From: Histomonas meleagridis 2922-C6/04-290x
Taxonomy: Eukaryota; Protista; Parabasalia
Length of the DNA: 64,000 nucleotides
Direction of reading: 5' to 3'
NCBI GenBank assembly: GCA_020184695.1
Contig: JAANOX010000011.1
Location: forward strand, 124,001-188,000
Below the pieces are notes generated by a model. The model was not told where the DNA came from, searched no databases, and saw only the letters and a list, made by a program, of their open reading frames with translations. The position numbers and the translations under genes were made by a program. Shown piece by piece: positions 55,308 to 64,000 of this stretch (within the stretch, counting starts at the first letter, position 1; the number at the start of each line of letters is the position of its first letter).

Positions 55308-56466
55308 ATGAAACCACTAACAGAGCTAAATCAAATAATATTTAATTTAACTGAAGAAAATATTGAGGAATCAGCTCAACAAACAGTAAAATTATTTGAT
55401 TCGAATTTACCATATTCATTTAATTTTGTAATAAGTAATTTTGTTTATTCCGCATTTTTTGCTCAAAAGAATACAAGCGATATGTATTTAAGCTATTTAG
55501 AATTAATTCGAATTAAGGAAGAAGAAATAAACAAAAATATGGCCAATATCATTAAAATTTTTACCAAATACATAACACAAAACACAAAACACAAGTAATG
55601 AAACAAATTATCTAATTGAGAAAATGAATGAAAGATCTCTAATCGATGAAGATGTTATCAATCATATTTCAACTCATTACTTCGATCATAGAAAATCTAA
55701 AAAGTCTAAAGAATCATATCATACTAATTCTTTATCAAAATATTATTTTAATGAAAATTATGATGAACTTTCAAAAAATGATTGGGAACTTCATAAGCAA
55801 TATATTAAAGAAGGACATAATCCAAATGAAATTGCGAAAACAATTCGAACTGATGAAATCGAAAAACTCCAAGAAATATCATCACAATATGATTTTAATT
55901 TTAATCAATTTATTGAATCATCACTTTATGAAAGATGTTCATTTATTAATACAGAAAATGTTACATTAATTGATTATGCAGCATTCTTTTCTTCTGTTAA
56001 ATGTTTCAAATATTTACTTATGAATAACGCAATTGTAAAGAATACAGGAAAATATGCAGTTGCAGGTGGAAATGAAGAAATCATTCATTTATGTGAACAA
56101 AATCATTCATCATTTTTCGGTTCATGTGAAGCAGCAATTAAATTTCATCGAAATGATATTTTTAAATATATTTATGAAAATAAATTAGAATCAGATTTAA
56201 ATGAAAGAAAGATTGAGGAATTTATGTGTTTATGTGTTGAATATGGGAATTATAAAATTCTTTCTTTTTTAGAAGAGAAAGGATATGAAATTAAAGATTC
56301 CATTATTAATGAATCAGCAAAAAATGGAAATATATATCTTGTTAAAAAGTTTCTCCAAAGTAATAAGCCCCCAAATGATATTTTGATGAGTTCTTCTGAA
56401 TCAGGAAATTTTGAGCTATTGAAATATATTCTTGAGATTAAAGGAATTGACGTTAATGCTCAAAAT
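55308..56466 (+). pseudogene. DUF3447-ankyrin locus A: N-terminal part, frameshifted by a 7-nt tandem repeat at ~55575-55594
   Basis: ORFs 55245-55598 and 55624-56559 are the two halves of a locus B/C paralogue; removing one ACACAAA unit joins them in frame. Confidence 0.8.
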
Positions 56467-57434
56467 ATTTATTATTTTTATTTAATATTTATTTTAATAA
56501 TTTTATATTTCAAAATAATATTTGGAAATTATTTAAATTATTTAATACAGCACTTATGATTGCATCTTATAAAGATTATATAGAAATAGTTAAATTACTT
56601 CTTGAACAAGAAGGAATTGATATTAATGCTAAAGATAAAATTTATTTTAATAATTTGATACTTCAAAATAATATTTGGAAATTATTTAAATTATTTCAAA
56701 CAGCACTTATATTAGCATCTTATTATGGTCATACAGAAATAGTTCAATTACTTCTTGAACAAAAAGGAATTGATGATAATACCAAAGATATTTATTTGTT
56801 TTATTTGATATTTATTTTATTAATTTGATATTTCAAAATAATATTTGGAAATTATTTCTATTATTTAAAACAGCACTTATTTTTGCATCTCAATGTGGTC
56901 ATATAGAAATAGTTAAATTACTTCTTGAACAAGAAGGAATTGATATTAATGCTAAAGATATTTATTTGTTTAATCTAAAATTTATTTTAATAATTTTATA
57001 TTTCAAAATAATATTTGGAAATTATTTAAAATATTTAAAACAGCACTTATATTAGCATCTTATTATGGTCATACAGAAATAGTTAAATTACTTCTTGAAC
57101 AAGAAGGAATTGATATTAATGATAAAAATATTTATTTGTTTTATTTAATATTTATTTTATTAATTTTATATTTCAAAATAATATTAGGAAATTATTTCTA
57201 TTATTTAATACAGCGCTTATTTGGTCATCTGAAAATAGTCATACAGAAATAGTTAAATTACTTCTTGAACAAGAAGGAATTGATATTAATGCTAAAGATA
57301 AAATTTATTTTAATAATTTTATATTTCAAAATAATATTTGGAAATTATTTAAATTATTTAAAACAGCACTTATATTAGCATCTTATAAAGGTTATACAGA
57401 AATAGTTAAAATGATTGAACAGAAAGAGACATAG
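56467..57434 (+). repeat. Locus A array: 6 ankyrin cassettes with spacers
   Basis: Spacer lengths 80,63,80,80,80,63; terminal cassette ends KMIEQKET-TAG at 57434. Confidence 0.92.
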
Positions 57435-58011
57435 ATATTACAAATATTTTTTCATTAAAAATTTAATATTCCAAAGATGTGTATTAATTTCATTTAAAAG
57501 AAAAATATTTTTTTATATGTTTTAATAATAAAGTGTTTTAAAATTAACTTTCATAAATGTTAATGATTTCCAAGCTAAGTATCTTTTATCATTAATAACG
57601 AAATTCATAATATAGTAAAAGTTTTTATCATATTTAGTTATGCTTTTGCATTTTCTTCTCTGATTTTCTAGATATCCTATTTAATTGAGGATGATTTGAA
57701 TTCCTTCAAAGAGTTGTGAATATTTCAAAAATATTATCGAAAAGTTTTGTTATCAACAAAAAACATTATTTACAGTAAACTCATTGGGAAAGTTTTAGGA
57801 GAAATACATCAAAATTTATATGAAAATATTTGAGTTTTTAAGCACAAAGAAATCCATTTGAATATCATATACGAACATTCATCAATTTCTTCTTGACTGA
57901 AAGCTTCAACAAAATAATTTAAAGAATTCAAAAATGAAATTAATGTAAACGAAATATCATCTAAAGAACAATTATAAAAAATATCTTTAATTGTTTGAAA
58001 TATGACAATTT

Positions 58012-58700
58012 TCACAATCTTGAAGCTAACATAAGCGCGGTCTTAAATAATTTGACGAATCTCCAAATATTATTTTGAAATAAAAAATTCTTAAAATAAA
58101 CATTAAATAAAGTAAGCAAATTTCTTTTGCATTGATATCATTTTCGATTATTTTTGTGATTTCACTTTGATTATGTCCATCTTTAATATATTTCTTATGA
58201 AGCTCCTAATTATTCTTTGCTAATTTTTCAAAATTTTTCGAAAAAAATTCAATGTATTCTTTATTCTGTAATGTATGTGTTAAATTATGAAATTCTTTCA
58301 GTTTAAGTTTTGTAGTTTCTTCAATTGGTAAAAAATGTGCAAAATAAGGATTTTTTCGGTTTTCACATATTTTTTTTTTATATGTAAGAAGTTCTATAAA
58401 ACATTCAATAAGTTTATTATAAGAATTATTATATGTTTCTTTTTCTTTAGTTTCAAGATATTTTAAAAAATTAAAGCATACCTTATAAATATTCTTTGAA
58501 ACAAAATATGAATATAAAATTGAACAAATGATTAAATTATATGAAAATAGAAATTCTTTAAAATAATAAGTTAATGAAGTTTCAATTGTTTCATCAATAT
58601 TTTCTTCATTTAAACCAAAAATTACTTGCTCAATATAATTTAATTTTTTAATGTTATCAATGTATTTCATTATAACAGTAGAACTTTGTTTTGCTCCCAT
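58012..58700 (-). pseudogene. DUF3447-ankyrin relic E, internally deleted
   Basis: Paralogous N-terminus (EQVIFGLNEENI...), TAG where paralogues have TGG (KNN*ELHK), IIEND fused directly to INAKE, then an 80-nt spacer and TALMLASRL-stop. Confidence 0.8.
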
Positions 58701-59042
58701 TTATTTATAACTCAGAGAAATGTTGATAAAAACGATCGTTTGATTCACGAAAAGTTGACATTTATTCGAATGTCTCATAGAAAACATTGAATGATACAAA
58801 AGTAACTTTCATCGAGAAAAGTGACACCGCAATACAATTGACAATTTTACGTAAAATTATTTTGTCAATTTTCGATCGTTTTCCATTTAAACATTTGAAT
58901 GCGATAAAAACCGAATTTTATTGAAAACAGTTTTCTATGTAACGATACAGAAATTCAATACGGCAAAACCGTTTCTTAAGAAAATTAAAAGTTTTCGATT
59001 TAACGTTTTAATGTTCGAATGTTTCACTTCCCTTCCTTTGGT

Positions 59043-59643
59043 TCAAACCATTTCGCAGCAACCACCATCTGATGACTTCTTGGCTGGCGCTGCTGCTGCT
59101 GGTGGATGAAGAACAATTTTGATCGCAGACTCAAAGACTTCTTTAAGATGATATTGTTTCAAAGCAGAACATTCAACATAATCATACGCTCCAATCTTGG
59201 CTTTCATTTCTTCACCGGTAGATGTAGAAATTGGTTCCATACCTTTGGATTTAAGTTCTTCTGCGTGTTCTTCAAACTCGTCTCGAAGATCACACTTCAT
59301 ACCAACTAAGATATATGGTGTAGTAGGACAATGTTCTTTAACTTCAGGAACCCACATGTTTTGAACATTTTTCTAATGAAGTAGGTGAAACTAAAGAAAA
59401 GCAAAGAATAAAAACATCTGTTTGTGGATATGAAAGTGGTCGAAGTTTCTTATAATCTTCTTGCCCTGCTGTATCCCATAATTGTAAATTAATGGCTTGG
59501 TCTTCAACCATAACATTTGCACTATAGTTATCAAAAACAGTAGGAATATATTCACCTGGAAATGCATTAGTAGTATACGAAATCAATAAGCATGTCTTAC
59601 CAACTGCACCATCACCAACAACAACACATTTAATGTGCTTCAT
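59043..59643 (-). CDS. Rac: Rac/Rho family GTPase with one extra A (frameshift at ~59368-59372)
   Basis: [40 protein letters not shown] and C-terminal CCEMV CAAX. Deleting one A in GAAAAAT gives [13 protein letters not shown]. Confidence 0.9.
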
Positions 59644-60468
59644 AACAAATTATGTCATAACCGTCGAATCCCGTCTTTCAATACTTTACGTTCAATCTTT
59701 GTCATTTTTTGACACCCACCCCTAATTCATATTCAAAATTTGCCCTTTTCATCCCTTTTCTTTGAAATATAAAAAAACCGTAAAATCTTGTCTCTCTTGT
59801 TTTGATGATAATTTTTTCAGGATTTTATAAAATCTTAGGTTTTATTGATAGACTTATTTTGTATTAATTTAATTCTTTGCCTAATTTTATTTTTTACACA
59901 ATATAAGTGAAGAAAATTTAATACGTCTGATTCTCCGATGATGCTTTTATTTCGAAAAATTTGCAAAACAAAAGATTCATAAAAAATAAATTTTGAATAA
60001 AAAATATTTCATACAGTTTTAAATGATTTAGAATAAAATTCACTTTAAATTTTTGTGTTCTTTTGATTTAAATTTATCAATATGTTATAAAGAAGATAAT
60101 ATCTGAATAGTTTTTTTTTATCAAATATTCACACTGCACAAATTTAGATAAAAGAGTTCATAAGTTGCCAATCATATTTAAATTAAAAAAAAAATTGGAA
60201 AACTACAATTTGAAATATTATTAACAAAAATTAAGATAAAAACACCAAATTATTTCTTCAGGTACATTAATAAGGTACTATATATTTTAAAAAAGTTTTC
60301 ACTTAAGTGAAAAATGAATACGATTTTTGCTGATTCCTTTTGTGTAAATACAAAAGTGCCATTGTGTAAACCTCATTTTTAAATCATTGAAACCCACAAA
60401 AATACAAGAGTTCCAATTGTCACTTTTCAGCTTTTCAAAAGAAGATTTTAGCTCAACACATCACCTTA

Positions 60469-62499
60469 ATGTCTATTCCCAAAGATCCCGAAGTCCCTGA
60501 ATCATATAAGACATTAGCACAGCATTATGGTGATGGCTTTCACACAACTTCAATGTTAAAACAACAGAACTTCATTATTCCACCTTTATTCCAACCACAA
60601 ATCCATAATACCTCTTCATTAAATGTTGGCATACAAACTATAATACCATCGAATCCAAACATTGAATATCAGACTAAACCAACTTCAATCCAGGTCAACA
60701 TATCAAATGAAATTCCTGTGAAAATTATTTCTAACTCTAAAACAGTAACAGATACATTTGATACTGATTCTCAAGTTATGCTAACCAATGTTCATTCGGG
60801 AAATCAAATTCAAAGATCAGTCAAATTTCATGAGAAACTTCCTTTACCAGCCATTCCAAATGTTCCCAATGAATCACACGTGCAAAGGCCGGCCAATCCA
60901 ATACCTTTCAACTCCAATCAAAGAGCAATATCAATTCAATCAATTCCAAGATCAGTTTCAGTTTTTAGTATAATTCAACAGCCAAAAGATCCAGCTCCGG
61001 AATATCCAGAGCCGAAGAAGTCTAGTAATGGTTTACCTCGAACTCGTGTTCCAAATCTTGAATTCAAACCACCCGAGCCAGTCTATTTCGATGACGAATC
61101 CGGGAAATATGGTGTCCGGTGCGTGTGTGGGCAAGCTCATTGCGATGGACTTTTAGTTCAATGTGACAAATGTAATTTCTGGTTACATGGAATTTGCGTT
61201 TGTGTCGCGCGCGAGCATCGTGATGAGCCTTTTTATTGTCCTTATTGTACCCGTCGAATAATACGGTGCGTCTGTGAAAATAATAATAAGTATGATGTGC
61301 CGATAGTTCAATGTGCATATTGTAAATATTGGGTCCATAAGTCATGTGAAAACTTATCATTTGGGCATATACCGATTTCATTTTTATGCCATAAATGTGG
61401 TGGAAATGAGTTTACATTTCCACATATTCGACCAAATTTTAAAGGGACCAACAAGACATCTTTTGTTGAATGTAATCGCTTTGAATTAATTCGTTCCATT
61501 CCAGAAGGGAAATTTCGGAATTTTATTATTTCTGATTTAAATCGAAGTGAATTACAATTACATGAAACGATTGATCGCTATTTCAATGTCTTTGCATATC
61601 ATTTATTTCAACGCACACATGAATTTTGGAAAGTGTTTGTGGAATCACTTTCCTCATTATTGGATTGCGAGCAAAACGAAATTTTATCGCTCATCGATGA
61701 ATTTGCTGTCACTTTTCTATACAACGCGAACGTTAAAAAGACATCAAAAGGAAGTTTACAAAAAATTGACAAGCCGCTGATAAGCGAATCGATAACATCA
61801 TATGTATTGTCATTACAGCTTCCAAAGGTCGAAGACATTAATGAAAAACATATTTATAATAACAACATCACAAATTCTGTTTGTGTTACTGAGAATATTG
61901 ATGAGGATGAGTTCATTTGTGATATACCTGGTTACATAATGCATATCGATGAAGTATATTCAGATGATGGTATCCCTTTGACATCAATTAGAATTTATAA
62001 TACAGATTTAATTGTTGATGTTGAAGGATTTGAGTTTTCTGAATACGCGCAAAACATTCAGCGAAGTTTTAATTTTAATTGTATAACAAAGTTATATGCA
62101 GATATAGATGGGAATCCGAGAGTAGGAATTTTCGGTGTTAAGAATAAAGGACTGATTTTAGAAAAAAGAAACTCCTTACATGCAATCAACGCAAACTGTA
62201 AGTTGATGTTGCCTTTGGATGGTAACATTCCATATCCGATACCGATAATTGAATGGAAAACACAAAAAGTGAAACAAAAGCAGAAAAGTGTCACGAAAAA
62301 TAAAGCTCAGAAAAAAAACGCGGAAATTTCAAAAACAGAAATTGATTTTAATATGTCGTTGTTGTCGGCATTTTGTAATGACATTATACCACCGTTGCCT
62401 ATAGATTTGGTAAAAGAAAAGGAGTTGGCTAGAAACCATATGTCTTCAATCGTAAGAAATAGATCTGCAAGATCGGCTAAAAGACATGATGAAAAATAA
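60469..62499 (+). CDS. Double PHD-finger protein with degenerate SET-like domain (SET3/MLL5-like)
   Basis: VRCVCGQAHCDGLLVQCDKCNFWLHGIC and a second C4HC3 finger; later IQRSFNFNC...VGIFG resembles a pseudo-SET domain. Confidence 0.7.
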   Translation: MSIPKDPEVPESYKTLAQHYGDGFHTTSMLKQQNFIIPPLFQPQIHNTSSLNVGIQTIIPSNPNIEYQTKPTSIQVNISNEIPVKIISNSKTVTDTFDTDSQVMLTNVHSGNQIQRSVKFHEKLPLPAIPNVPNESHVQRPANPIPFNSNQRAISIQSIPRSVSVFSIIQQPKDPAPEYPEPKKSSNGLPRTRVPNLEFKPPEPVYFDDESGKYGVRCVCGQAHCDGLLVQCDKCNFWLHGICVCVAREHRDEPFYCPYCTRRIIRCVCENNNKYDVPIVQCAYCKYWVHKSCENLSFGHIPISFLCHKCGGNEFTFPHIRPNFKGTNKTSFVECNRFELIRSIPEGKFRNFIISDLNRSELQLHETIDRYFNVFAYHLFQRTHEFWKVFVESLSSLLDCEQNEILSLIDEFAVTFLYNANVKKTSKGSLQKIDKPLISESITSYVLSLQLPKVEDINEKHIYNNNITNSVCVTENIDEDEFICDIPGYIMHIDEVYSDDGIPLTSIRIYNTDLIVDVEGFEFSEYAQNIQRSFNFNCITKLYADIDGNPRVGIFGVKNKGLILEKRNSLHAINANCKLMLPLDGNIPYPIPIIEWKTQKVKQKQKSVTKNKAQKKNAEISKTEIDFNMSLLSAFCNDIIPPLPIDLVKEKELARNHMSSIVRNRSARSAKRHDEK

Positions 62500-62862
62500 T
62501 GCGATGAAATTAGAGGTTTATAAACATTATTATTATGTGTAATTATTTTGTTTTTATTTGGAAAAAAATTATCTGCAACTTTTTCATAAAGGTGGCCGTT
62601 AACATACAACTATTTAGTGTGGGGAGTACCCCCAACAAGAAATCATTAATTTTTTGTACACAAAATATGCCACTAATATGAAAATGATAAATAAATCTTT
62701 TATTCTAATTATTAAATTAAAAAAATATTTAAAAAATTCATCAATTTGCAATTAAGAATGTGATTCTTGGGTTGCGTTTTCTTTTTTAAACATTAAAATG
62801 TATACTAAATATGTTGAAGTCTTTCCTATTCCATATGGAAGAAATATAACACTCAATCAATT

Positions 62863-63999
62863 TCAAATAAGCATCAAGAAAACTGATACTGTTCTGAAAT
62901 GTCTCATACCTATTATTTCTTCATTTTTATTAAATTCATTTATATAAAAAACAGTAAAAAAATCAGAATAAAAACAGTAATAATTTGAATATATAAATAT
63001 TGTATAATTATAATAAATAAATTCTGTTGTAACATAAGTGAATATTGAGTTTATATCAGAAATTGAATTTGTTAAAAAAGAGTTGAAAACGCTTAATGTT
63101 TGGCTATAGGATAATGAATATATCAATGTAAATGAACAAGAAATAGTTGAAACGAATTGTAAATTTTTGTTTGTTACAAATAAAGTGAAATATGTATTTG
63201 AATCAGAAAATGTAAATGTTTTACTTTGAGAATAAGTATTTGACTGTGAATATGAATTACTTTGTGAAAACGTATTCGATTCAATATATGAATTTGATTT
63301 GGCTAATGTAGAATATGTATTACTGCGTGTGAATGAAGGTGTTGCTGGAATACATTCATCAAATATCGTTTTGGTAATGTTAAGTTCTCCAAATGATTCA
63401 CTCACATATGATGTTGATATTACAGTAACTGTATCTATTTGTGTGTTTTGGAATGCATTCACTCCAACAATTTGTTCACGCGTTCCATAATAATATATAC
63501 ATTTAAGTTGTACACAATTAAGAAATGCTGAATTGCAGATATTTTCAACATTTCCTGTAATATAAATTGATGTTAAATTCGTACAACTTTCAAATGCATT
63601 GTTACAAATAGTTGTAACTGTTTCTGGAATTGAAATGTAACTTAATTTTGTACATTCATAAAATGTATACTGTGAAATTTGTGGAATATTTCCAAGTTCA
63701 AATATTTCCAAACTTTTACAATTTCGAAATGCATAGTCACCAAGCGATGTAACTGAAGTCGGAGTGCTGAAAATTTTTAAACTTGAACAATAGCCAAATG
63801 CAGTTGACTCAATTGTCGTTAATTTATTTCCGACAATAATTGTTTCTAATTTAGTACAAAAATAAAGTCCATGTTCACATATTATTTCAATGCTTTCTCC
63901 AAGATCTATTGTTGTTAAACTTGAACATTGACTAAATCCATAAACACCAATCGTTGTTAATTTATTTCCAAAAATAATTGTTTGCAAACTTGAACAACG
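62863..63999 (-). CDS. BspA-like LRR_5 surface protein, C-terminal part (5' end outside window)
   Basis: LTTIGxxxFxxCSSL repeats, IYYYG...FGELNIT cap and Ser/Thr-rich SNTFSQ stalk; frame open to the window end. Confidence 0.9.
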   Translation of the reverse strand, partial: RCSSLQTIIFGNKLTTIGVYGFSQCSSLTTIDLGESIEIICEHGLYFCTKLETIIVGNKLTTIESTAFGYCSSLKIFSTPTSVTSLGDYAFRNCKSLEIFELGNIPQISQYTFYECTKLSYISIPETVTTICNNAFESCTNLTSIYITGNVENICNSAFLNCVQLKCIYYYGTREQIVGVNAFQNTQIDTVTVISTSYVSESFGELNITKTIFDECIPATPSFTRSNTYSTLAKSNSYIESNTFSQSNSYSQSNTYSQSKTFTFSDSNTYFTLFVTNKNLQFVSTISCSFTLIYSLSYSQTLSVFNSFLTNSISDINSIFTYVTTEFIYYNYTIFIYSNYYCFYSDFFTVFYINEFNKNEEIIGMRHFRTVSVFLMLI

Positions 64000-64000
64000 A

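Noticed and set aside
56464-56550. AT-AC or AT-AG (U12-like) intron boundaries for the spacers
   Set aside because: AT-AC joins are out of frame. AT-AG gives a 28-aa repeat lacking the hairpin, and the AG is absent from several cassettes.
56467-57209. Programmed -1 frameshifting inside the spacers (both frames are open in most locus A spacers)
   Set aside because: Locus B spacers have stops in the downstream frame (three in 30845-30924), so spacers are not generally translatable.
2175-62609. Many 60-120 aa antisense or alternate-frame ORFs nested in called genes
   Set aside because: Expected shadows of real CDSs, mostly with non-ATG starts.
1-64000. rRNA, tRNA and canonical parabasalid introns (ACTAAC...AG)
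   Set aside because: None recognised by eye; tRNAscan-SE/Infernal would be needed to exclude them formally.

Overview
AT-rich, gene-dense eukaryotic DNA with no canonical introns seen. The gene families (BspA-like LRR_5 surface proteins, DUF3447-ankyrin, Pmp-like GGAI proteins) point to a parabasalid; a Histomonas/Tritrichomonas-like lineage is an inference, not confirmed. About 25 ordinary genes are recognisable, including PMT, two GT23/FUT8-like glycosyltransferases, Rab, mucolipin, TRIP4, importin-beta, GT8, NCKAP1, Maf, CARMIL-like LRR, cullin, CEP104, presenilin, AGC kinase, MATE, POC5, CCDC47, Rac and a PHD/pseudo-SET protein. The stand-out feature is a family of DUF3447-ankyrin loci (28973-32148 -, 43663-46562 -, 55308-57434 +, plus relics at 50258-50620, 55008-55150 and 58012-58700). 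Each ankyrin repeat is a separate, stop-free cassette of about 30 codons. Every pair of cassettes is separated at the same position by an AT-rich spacer that is exactly 80 nt (last D/N codon to TAL codon) in 23 of 29 hand-counted cases. The spacers break the frame, often contain stops, lack conserved GT-AG ends and usually carry a central hairpin. This suggests an unexplained removal mechanism (non-canonical splicing, ribosomal bypassing or DNA cassette rearrangement). Also present: a ~290-bp MITE-like element, a long gene broken by three +1 frameshifts and ending at a poly(A/T) tract, and single-base homopolymer frameshifts (e.g. Rac) that may be assembly errors. Starts were moved to the first plausible ATG where the ORF track used TTG/GTG.
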